In this document: in pieces, positions 11,361 to 20,000 of the stretch
Layout: every line of letters starts with the position of its first letter
How positions within the stretch are numbered: position 1 is the stretch's first letter
Assembly: GCA_013239625.1 (NCBI GenBank)
Contig: MU053652.1
Location: forward strand, 8,322,331-8,342,330
Source: Lama guanicoe
Taxonomy: Eukaryota
Direction: 5' to 3'
Length of the DNA: 20,000 bases
The notes under the pieces: generated by a model
Told to the model about the DNA's origin: nothing
What the model saw: the letters and a program-made list of their open reading frames with translations, nothing else
Databases searched by the model: none
Made by a program: the position numbers and the translations under genes

Positions 11361-12731
11361 AAAAAGCAAGGTAGTAAAAAGATCCATTTTATCTTTAAAA
11401 TCTAGATTCTTATAAGTAAGATAGAAAACACAGAGTCACAGTGAAGAACTTTTGCTTTATCCATGTGTTCTGTCTAAGAGAAAAAGCGGACCCCGTCTTT
11501 CTTTTACTCTGGCATTTTAAATCAAGCCCGTATTCACAAATTCTCTCCGGAGCAAGTCAGGAAGATTTAGTCAAGGCTCAGCTTTGTTTCACTGTTTTAT
11601 TGTTTGTCAAGATTATAGAGGCAGACTTTGTATAAAATTGTCAACATCGAAACGCCTTTATTCTTTCTCCTTGAAAAAGAGTGCACAATAAAGATATGAC
11701 ACAATCTTGGCTTACTAAGAATTGCTTAGAAACCCACTAAAAGTGCAGGGATGCTGGGTGAGTAAATACCAGGCCCAGAGGACTCACCCTGAGGTAGGTG
11801 AACCAGAGGGCAGCAGAGCTAGAAATCTTTATTGCCCTGGGAAAGCCTTAAATAAAAGACCTCATTAACTCGGACAGCAGTTTTGTAAAAATTTTAAATG
11901 CAGCTCAAAATTTGCAGAGATTAAGCTTTGTGAGAGCAAAACAAAGCCACAGAAGAGATGCTAACCTTTACCGATCACTTAGTACATTCAGGTGATTTCA
12001 TATCAAAATTATTTCTATCAACCAAGTACAATGATAAATTTCAACCATTTCTCAACAGTGGCCTAAAACAGAAACCCACACTGTTAAACGTAGCAAGGCA
12101 ACAGTATCTATTAAGAGTGTCTATCCTGTTGAGTCTCCCTGTGTCTCCCTAGAAGCTCAGCTAGCTTTCTAAAAAGCAAGGCAGAAGGCAATCACCTCTA
12201 GGCCCGGGTCACTTAGGAGCTAATTCAGTATTATCCATGCCATGTAACTAGGCACTGTCGTCCTTTCTCTGCAAAAAAAATACCAAAAATTTTCTTCTAG
12301 GTTGATTTCCCTTTTTAGTAGAGGGAAAGGAAGGCAAGTGCGCATGGGTCCCACCCAACCAGGCACCAAAAAATGCAGTTAAAAGGCAGGTGTGTCCAGC
12401 CCCGGGGAAAGGCGGTAATTTGGCTATTTCTGCACTCCAGGCAGATGGGTGTGCATTTTATAGGCCACACGAAGGTGAGTGCAAACACCCATATATGCTG
12501 ACAAAAGCACAGACAACTGATAATATACTGTTATCTGTTGTGAAGGAAATGCGAAGGAAACTTCAATGAGAATTTTTTTGTATCATTGGTTTTTCACATG
12601 TATTAAATTTTGACTCTTAGAACCCCTAAGAGATGACTATTTGCTGCCTAACTCAAAGGTGCAGAGGTCTTCAGTTTCTTCTTGACTTTCTCTGTGACTC
12701 AACTCAGCTCTATTCAGCAAAAGTGTGATTT

Positions 12732-13575
12732 TTAAAAAAAATTTTTTATTGAAGTGTAGTTGATTTACAATGTTAGTTTCAAGTATACAGCAAAGTGATT
12801 CAGTTATACATATACATAGATATATGTACATTTTCTCTTCAGATGCTTTTTCATTATATGTTATTGCAAGAAACTGAATATAGTTCCCTATGCTATACAG
12901 TAGGTCCTTGTTGTTTATCTATTGTATATATAGTAATGTGTGTCTGTTAATCCCCAATCCCTAATTTATATCCTCTGTCCTTTCCCCTTTGGTAACCATA
13001 CTTTGTTTTCTATGTCAGTGAATCTGTTTTTGGTTTGTAAATAGAATTTTTTTATCATTTTCTTTTTAGATTCCACATGTAAGTGATATCATATGACATT
13101 TGTCTTTCTCTGTCTGACTTCACTTACTATGATGATCTCTAGGTCCATCCATGTTGCTGCAAATGGCATTATTTCATTCCTTTTTATGGCTGAGTAGTAT
13201 TCCATTGTATGTACACACCACATCTTCTTTGTCCAGTCATCTGTCGATGGACGTTTAGGTTGTTTCCACATCTCAGCTATTGTAAATAGTGCTGCTATGA
13301 ACGTTGGGGTGCATGTATCTTTTTGAATTAGAGTTCCCTCTGGATATATGCCCAGGAGTGGGATTGCTGGATCATATGATGACTCTATTTTTAGTTTTTT
13401 AAAGAATCTCCATACTGTTCTCCATAGTGGCTGCACCTTACATTCCCACCAACAGTGTAGGAAGGTTCCTTTTTCTCCACACGCTCTCCGGCATTTATTA
13501 ATTGTACTTTTTCACGATGGCCGTTCTGACTGGTGTGAGGTGAGGTATGAGGTGATACCTCATTGTAGTTTTGAT
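12732..13575 (-). mobile_element. Young 5'-truncated LINE-1 (ORF2 C-terminus plus 3' UTR), antisense to the host gene
   Basis: Minus-strand ORF 13089-13436 ([29 protein letters not shown]...TMEYYSAIKRNEIMPFAATWMDLE) is the L1 ORF2p C-terminus. The 3' end ttttattgaagtgtagttgatttacaatgttag resembles cetartiodactyl L1s. Candidate TSD tgtgattt at 12724-12731 and 13593-13600. Confidence 0.95.
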
Positions 13576-13657
13576 AGTGATTTGAATGTGATTGTGATTT
13601 AACTGATGATTTCCAACCTCGTTACTTCACCTCGCACTATGCTTTTGTTCTGTCCAG

Positions 13658-13786
13658 GAAGCAGAATGCGCCTACATCCTCTTTGTCATCGCCATCTTTT
13701 GGCTGACAGAAGCTTTGCCTCTGTCGGTAACAGCTCTGCTGCCTGCTTTAATGTTGCCTTTGTTTGGGATCATGGCTTCTAAGGAG
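13658..13786 (+). CDS. SLC13A1: Internal coding exon (exon 2) of solute carrier family 13 member 1, Na+/sulfate cotransporter NaS1
   Basis: Acceptor gcttttgttctgtccag|GAA (AG 13656-13657) and donor GAG|gtaagt (13787). The 129 nt (43 codons) translate to EAECAYILFVIAIFWLTEALPLSVTALLPALMLPLFGIMASKE, which has the SLC13/DASS W-x-TEA-x-PL-x-x-TALLP motif. The EAECAY start matches SLC13A1 as I remember it rather than its paralogues. Exons 1 and 3 are not seen in the window. Confidence 0.95.
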
Positions 13787-15324
13787 GTAAGTACTCCTGC
13801 GAATGTTTGTCATGATCAGATTCCCTACTCTGTGCTGATACTTCCAATGAGAAAGTTGTATTTAAAAGGAGCGATGATCTTGTTGATAAGGCTTCCACAT
13901 AAGTCCTCCAAGCTCCTGTTCGTTTCTTGCCTCTAGAATTCTGCGTGTGTGTCCACCTTCAGGTGGACAAAAACAAAACTCAAGCTGCAGCTTTTTGAGT
14001 CATGCGTGTCAGTGGAAGAAATGTGTGTCCCATCTCCCCAGGCTGACATCTGTGCCCAGTGTCTCCCTCCCAACAAAAGGGCTGACTTTTTCATGTCCTG
14101 CATCAGCTTTTTTCTATTCAACAGAATTTGGTCTCACACAGTGTTGGAAAAGCAATTTTTGTTTTTAATGAAGAAAAAGCCTCCCTGTTTTCTTTTCCAG
14201 AAACCTGCCATTTCAGAAGATAAAGCCAAATTAACTTTCACGTGCATTTCCATTTTGTTCTTGCTGAGAGGAGTTTATTCATGCTGCGAGGTGTTTCTTA
14301 CCTTTATACAATCTAAGGGTACCCATCTGAAGAAAATAGATTCAGTTTCCCATTAAAAGCATGAAATGCATTGAAACCAGGATATCTATCTCCATGCAGC
14401 TTTCAGCCACCCAGCACACAGCTGCCTAAACCACCACTGAAACGTTCTCAGGAAAGATGTCACGTTCAAGATGCCAGTCCATGCAGTTTATCACCCTTGG
14501 ACTTCTGTCTTCAGTCTGGGTCCAGTACTGCTAACATGAGGCTCATCTGTCTTGTAATGTGGGCTGAGATTTTTCTTTTTAACTAACCCGTGATACAGTT
14601 TTTTTACTTTCCTATAAGAGAAGCTATTCCTTTTCTGACCTTCACGTCATTCTTCCCCATTTTCGAGTCCAACTCCATCTCTTTGCCTTTCTGATCCTTT
14701 CTGCTCCTCTTTTCCATCTGCATTTTCCCATCCCTCACAATCCTCACTTTTTTCTTTAATAAGCACCACTGATTTGGAAGAGAGTTTAGCCAGGGCTGTA
14801 TTTTGTTCCTTTCACCCCAGACTGAAGCTTTGCTGCCCCCCAGAACCCAGGATCTATAATCTAAGAAGTTTCTCAAATGCTCCAACAAGGCTCTCAATAA
14901 AGGAAATATAAAAAGAAGGGGTTGAAAAACTCTCAAAAGTAAAGTGTCAAGTTACCAGCCCCTGTCTTGCTGGAGTGGGGAGTCCTACTCCCAGAGTTAA
15001 TTAAGTTTGACAGTCGCACAGTTGTCCCTTGTGATTTAATAACAATCAGTTTTTTTAAAAGGAGGCTGAGATAGATTAACTGGAATCACGAGGCATCTGT
15101 GTAGCAAGCAGGCTAGAGGCAGACAGGAGGAAGAGGATGCCTAGGAGGGCCTGGCTTTGTGGGAGCTGCCAAAGAAATCTCTGCATCTTTTGGGGCTGTG
15201 GAGGCCCAACTAGAGGCAGCAAAATTCTAGGTGCCAATGGTAGTTGCATTATTCAAGCTGCCAATTCCTGCCCAAGAGACCTCTATCCTCAAGAGTATAA
15301 CCCTAGACTAATTTCACAGTTGTA

Positions 15325-15780
15325 GACTCTCTGACTTGGAAGGGAGTTCTGGGTCACTCACCCTGGGCAAGGACTCCCCTCCGCAATATCCCTTACAGAC
15401 GAGATCACTCAGCCAAGTGCTGAAGAGTTCCCTGTGTGGACCTGTAATACCTCACAGGGATATCCATACCATTTTTGAATAATTTTAACACTTAAGCAAC
15501 TCAGCTTTATTGAGCCCGTGTCTGAACTCAGTGACTTTGATTCTTTAAACTTTTCTCTAACATCTAAGATTCTACAGATAATTCTTGTCTTTATTCCACA
15601 TGATAGCATTGCTAGGATTTGAACATAGACACTATGTCCTCAAGTCTCCCCACCTGCAGTCTTGATGGTTTCCAGAACCAACTCCCCATCTCTACCCACC
15701 ACCCACACCTCCATCATCACCAGCATCTCCTTTTCTCTTCCAGGATCTGTGTCTAGTTTAGCAATGAGATTTAAGGACTC
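15325..15780 (-). mobile_element. L3/CR1-like ancient LINE fragment
   Basis: gacttggaagggagttctgggtcactca...cctcacagggatatccataccatttttgaataattttaacacttaagcaactc resembles the reverse L3 3' region. Highly diverged. Confidence 0.5.
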
Positions 15781-16064
15781 AATAATTAATAACTGTAAAG
15801 TCTGTCACAAATTAAACACTCCATATATGTTACTTAATATTATTGTTATTTGTATATTGACAAATGTGAATAGATCACTCAGGAAATGAGTGTTGCAAAG
15901 CTTGGTGAATCTATCCTCTCCCCTCTGGTATGTCAGCCTAAATTTGTTTTTAACGTGACTTCCTTCTCCTGTTAAGCTTGATGGGGACTTGGAGCAAATC
16001 AGAAGTCCTTAGGACTTTCAGTTGAGAAAACTATTCTTTGGTCTTGTGATCCTCTTTCCAGGCA

Positions 16065-16084
16065 GGGTAACTGACCTTTTACTC
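16065..16084. promoter_or_regulatory. Candidate nuclear-receptor element: IR1 (FXRE-like) overlapping a DR1
   Basis: GGGTAA c TGACCT (16065-16077) is an IR1. TGACCT t TTACTC (16072-16084) reads GAGTAA a AGGTCA on the minus strand, a DR1. Motif match only. Confidence 0.45.
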
Positions 16085-16104
16085 AGAAGTAGCTGAGCAA
16101 AGCT

Positions 16105-16320
16105 ACAGGGAATGAGCTACAGATTTGGTCAGAAGATCTGAGTTTAAGACCTAATATTCATCACTAATTACTTGTATGCCTGATCATGTGTCTTAATAAT
16201 GCTTTTTTTAAAAAATCTGTAAATAGGGAATGATAATGCCTTGTAATTCAAGGGTTGTTGTAACCATTAAATCAAATAATATATGTGAAACATACTAGCT
16301 ATCAAGTGTTCCCATGAGTT
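16105..16320 (+). mobile_element. MIR SINE
   Basis: tcagaagatctgagtttaagacc...atctgtaaatagggaatgataatgcc...agggttgttgtaaccattaaatcaaataatatatgtgaaacatactagc. Confidence 0.85.
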
Positions 16321-16694
16321 TTAATAGTGACAGTTAAAGTTTGCTTGTGAGTGTTAGCCTGCTGTAACACTTGGAATCTCAACTCTGTCATGGAGGAGAC
16401 TGATGTATTTTCAATATCCTTATCTAAGTTTAGAGCCCTGCACATCACTCTCTTTGGTCACCACAGTCTTCAACTTACTTTACCTGTTTGTTAATGCTTA
16501 ATACCTATGTCTTACTAAGCACATGGTTGTATTGAAGAATATCAACAAATATTGACTTTCTCTCCTATCTGTTGAATTAAACCTGAAATGCTAAATATTT
16601 AGTGTTCCTAATTAGATATTTCAAAACATGTATACTTATTATTATTGTTGAAAATATGTTTATATGTAAGTTTTACATATACAAATGTTAAGAT

Positions 16695-16750
16695 AACATA
16701 CATCTATATATACATATATATGTTATATGTGTGTGTGTGTGTATATGTTA
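16695..16750. repeat. (TA)n/(TG)n compound microsatellite
   Basis: acatacatctatatatacatatatatgttatatgtgtgtgtgtgtgtatatg. Confidence 0.85.
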
Positions 16751-16759
16751 TAGTACAAA

Positions 16760-18660
16760 TTTACTCAGTCAGTAAATAAATACATGCTAGGACTCTGCCA
16801 GGCACTTGAGAGTACATTAATAAATAAAAACAGACAAAAAAATCCCTATCTTCCTAGGAGAAAAGAGACAACAAACATACCTTAATGACCTGGTCAGTTA
16901 TATAGTGAGTTAGAAGGTAATTGATGCTATGGAAAAAATGCAGAAGGATGATGAGGATTAGGAGAGGGCTGTAGTTCTAAATAGGATGACCAGAGAAGAC
17001 CTCAATGAGATGTCAGTACCTGGAGAAAGATTTACACAGGATGAGGGAGTTAGCCATTTGGTAAAATGAGGAACATACATACTGTTGCAGAAAAATGTGT
17101 TACTGCTCAGTGTTGCAACTCTTGTGTTACAGCTCAGTTGTGACAGCAACCTGGATCCGGGTGAGAGACCAAGCAGCACTCACAGAGTTGGAGAACTCAG
17201 GTTTATTATGCCAGTGGGCCCAGAGGGGTTAACACTACAAACTCTGGACCCCGTCTGTAGGTTTACACAGGGTTTTATAGGCTGCCGGTTTACACCTTGC
17301 AACATCGTATGCAAATAAGGTATAACAAAAGTTGACTAATTAGGAACAAGCTTTGTAGAAATGGACCAATCAGGAGTGAGAGAAATAACCAATCAGGAGT
17401 GAGCTCCATGCAAATAAAGTACTACAAATGAACCAATCAGAAGTTAGGGAAATGGACCAATCAGGAGTGAAGGAAATAACCAATCAGGAGTGAGCTCAGG
17501 GAACCAGTAGAATTCTAGGGGTAAGTAAGCCATTTCAGAGGCAAAAAGTGAGAGAGCCTCTGGGCCAGAGAACTGGATGGTGCTGGCAGGAGAGTAGTGG
17601 CCCTGCCTGGGAGTCCTGCCGGTCTTTTTATGGGGCTTCCCACCTCAATACCATTGCTAACAGGGCAATATTCAGTGCAGAGACCTTAAATTGGGTTTAT
17701 GTCTGCAGTGTGACTGGAGCAGAGTGAAGGGGAAAATGAGAGATGATGGTGACACCAGGAAGACAATGTGAAGAGGGACTGGATCATGTGGGGCCAAAGT
17801 AGGCCACCGTGAAGTTTAACTTTGAATGAAGAGACCCTCTATAGAGTTTAAAGTAGAAGAGTGACATGATCCATTTATCTTTCATATAATAAGGATAACT
17901 TGGGCCGCGGTGTTGAAAAACATGGTGAAAAATGGTGACGGGGAGGTTGCTGCAATAATCCAGGTGAGAGGCCATGGTAATCCAGACAAAGGAGACCAAT
18001 AGGAATCTTGCATATAGTATTGATATATTTTTAAGGTAAAACCAACAAAATTTCCTAAATAACATAATATGGCATGATTATGGAAAGAAAGGAGTCCAGG
18101 ATAACACACAGCTTTTTTTACCTGCCAGGTGATAAAATGGAGTTGCCACCAATTGGAATTGATGGGCAGAGTAGGCTTGTTGCAGAAGAAAAGCTGACAC
18201 CTGGAGTTCAGTGCCGCACATGAAGGTTGAAATACCTGTTTGACATCTAAGTGAAGATGTTGAGTAAGCAGTTAGATGCAGATGAGTCCAGAGTTCACGA
18301 GAGAGACCTGAACAGGAAATAAGGATTTGAGAATTATCAGCATGTGGATGGTATTTAAAGCCTGCAGTTTGATAAGATCATTTAGGGAGTGAATGGAGGT
18401 AGAAAAGCAAAGAGGAGTAAGTAAGAACTGAGCCCTGGGGAATTGCTTCATTAGGGTTTGGTGAGAGAGAAAGTTACTAGGGAAGAATACTGTGAAGGAG
18501 AAGTTACTGAGGGAAGAGGGAGACCCTAAGAATGTGGAATCCTGGAATCCAAGTGAAGCAATGGTTTAAGGATGAGGCAATGATGAGATATGTTATACCT
18601 GTTAACAGGTCAATTAATGTGAGAACTGGAAATTGACTTACTGGATTTAACAACACAAGT
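16760..18660 (-). mobile_element. LINE-2 (L2a-like), interrupted by a solo LTR at 17083-17647
   Basis: Reverse L2 tail (tcagtaaataaatacatgctaggactctgccaggcactt...aaacagacaaaaaaatccct). Body motifs on both sides of the LTR: gtgactggagcagagtga, gagtgacatgatc, gcaataatccaggtgagag, tgaaatacctgtttgacatctaagtgaagatgttgagtaagcagttagat, agcatgtggatggtatttaaagcc. Confidence 0.9.
17083..17647 (-). mobile_element. Solo LTR of an endogenous retrovirus, ERV1/gamma-like (565 bp)
   Basis: TG...CA termini and a perfect 4-bp TSD atac (17079-17082, 17648-17651). On the minus strand: U3 repeats with CCAAT boxes, then TATAAAA (17273-17279), then AATAAA (17202-17207), the expected U3-R-U5 order. It cleanly interrupts the L2. 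Confidence 0.9.
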
Positions 18661-18714
18661 CAGTATTTTTTAAAAAAACAACAGAAAAAAATAGGCTTTA
18701 TAATTATACACAGT

Positions 18715-18875
18715 ATAACTGACAAAGCACCTTTTAAAAAATTTCATTAAATTCACAAACTTAACATGAAGTATTATTTAACTTTTATAGGTAAATATAT
18801 TGATTTGTAGAAAGATTGCTGAACTGGTATAAATTACATAGCTAAGAGAGAACACAGGTGTTTTGATCATAAATG
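18715..18875 (-). mobile_element. Degraded MIR
   Basis: tttcattaaattcacaaacttaacatgaagtattatttaacttttataggtaaa...gaactggtataaattacatagctaa. Confidence 0.55.
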
Positions 18876-19234
18876 TTCATTTTTTTTAATGAAATCCCAT
18901 TTTCAAGCATAAATGTAACTACCTTGATCTTGTAAATAGAATTCAAATTTTATTAGGACTTTTACTTGAAATACTAATTTTTCCTAGAATATGGTTATAT
19001 TTACCTATGCCATTTACAACCAATAACATCTTTTCTTATTACATCTTATACAAGTAGATTATTAGCAAACACATTTGCCTGTGGCTAAAGTTCTTCTGCA
19101 AATACACTAACTGATGAAAAACAAAGAATGGGTAACAAAGGAAAAGAGAGAATGTGAAAATTCCTCCTTAGATTTAACATCTAATGTCATTTAGACAACT
19201 GAGCTGCAGGCCATAGGTTGTTTACATAGTCTAC

Positions 19235-19442
19235 CAAGGGATTGGCAGGGATGAGTCTGAGGGCCAGATCCAGCCAGCTACCCAATTTTTGAAATAAAGT
19301 TTCATTGGAAACACACAGCTGTTCATTTACATATTGTCTTTGACTACTTTTGCGCTCCAAAGACAAGCTGTGATAGTTGTGAAAGGCTCATAAAGTCTAA
19401 AATGTTTATTATCTGACCCTTTACAAAGTCTGTCAACTGCTG
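19235..19442 (-). mobile_element. MER58A DNA transposon (hAT-Charlie), near full length
   Basis: gggccagatccagcc...aaataaagtttcattggaaacac...catattgtctttgactactttt...taaaatgtttattatctgaccctttaca, with degenerate TIRs caagggattggca / tgtcaactgctg. Confidence 0.9.
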
Positions 19443-19894
19443 GTATAATTTAAAGAGATTATGACCAGAATATCTCATGTTCTTAGATTTCTTTCTGTGT
19501 TTAATTGCTTCCTAATAATGACTTGCTTCTATGTGTCCCTTTGTATTTTTAAAGTAATTCTGTATTTATCCTCTCATTTAATTCTCAGAGTGTTGGTGAA
19601 ATAGGGTCAGTGGGGTTTATTTCCATGAGCAAAACTGCAAAAGAGATAAGGGCAGAGGAAAACTCAAATGTCTATTAATCTTTTAATAATCAATGCAAAT
19701 ATCGGCGCTTGTGAGAAGACTTTTTCAATTCCCCTAGGAAAAAGTGGTCACTTACCCTTTGAATCCCAACTGTATTGAAGAAGTAGCTCTCATGCCCTTA
19801 CGATGTGTTATTGCACTTTTCATTAACTTTAACAAACAAACTTGTTTCACTTGTTACAGTAACTTGTAAGCTTCTTGTGCTTAGGGACTTACTA

Positions 19895-19960
19895 GTTCAA
19901 CATCCACTATGTGCCAGACATGTGCTAAGTCCATAAATACAGGGATCAATAAGACACACT
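19895..19960 (-). mobile_element. LINE-2 3' tail fragment followed by an A17 run (19963-19979)
   Basis: ttcaacatccactatgtgccagacatgtgctaagtcc...aataagacac. Confidence 0.7.
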
Positions 19961-20000
19961 TCAAAAAAAAAAAAAAAAACACAGCTGCTTTAAAAATACG

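Noticed and set aside
13089..13602. ORFs 13089-13436 (-) and 13348-13602 (+) as genes
   Set aside because: These are an L1 ORF2 C-terminal remnant and its antisense frame, not host genes.
13787..13936. ORF-track entry 13715-13936 continues 49 codons past exon 2
   Set aside because: SLC13 similarity stops exactly at the consensus donor GAG|gtaagt. The extension is intron read-through and the start is an internal TTG.
16051..16072. 5-nt microexon ccag|gcagg|gtaact
   Set aside because: It is frameshifting with no microexon enhancer context; the sequence is better explained as the IR1 element or chance.
17358..17497. Short regularly spaced repeats resembling a CRISPR-like array
   Set aside because: There are no unique spacers, the context is mammalian, and the repeats sit inside an LTR U3 as CCAAT enhancer repeats.
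17261..17526. Sense-strand donor GGG|gtaagt (17521) in the LTR with acceptor ccgtctgtag| as an exonised LTR segment
   Set aside because: The pyrimidine tract is weak and there is no further support.
19963..19979. A17 run as the tail of a retrocopy
   Set aside because: Upstream sequence is a reverse-oriented L2 tail with no poly(A) signal or convincing TSD, so it is treated as a simple homopolymer.

Overview
Mammalian (non-primate, non-rodent, probably cetartiodactyl) genomic DNA, AT-rich and repeat-dense. It lies inside a + strand SLC13-family gene that I recognise as SLC13A1 (Na+/sulfate cotransporter NaS1). Only one coding exon is present: the 129-nt phase-0/0 exon 2 at 13658-13786. Everything upstream is intron 1 and everything downstream is intron 2. 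The rest is interspersed repeats: a nested pair of L1s (about 4.9-8.6 kb), a young antisense L1 3' fragment ending about 80 nt before the exon, a 565-bp ERV1-type solo LTR with a 4-bp TSD inserted in an L2, and old L2/MIR/L3/MLT/MER fragments. Almost all ORF-track entries are spurious. I find no convincing undescribed biological system. The best leads are regulatory or splicing-related: an IR1/DR1 nuclear-receptor element in intron 2, an antisense CCAAT/octamer-rich LTR promoter, a duplicated HNF4/NF-kB-like motif and candidate cryptic exons. Repeat family names are by eye from remembered consensus motifs, and boundaries of old repeats are approximate.
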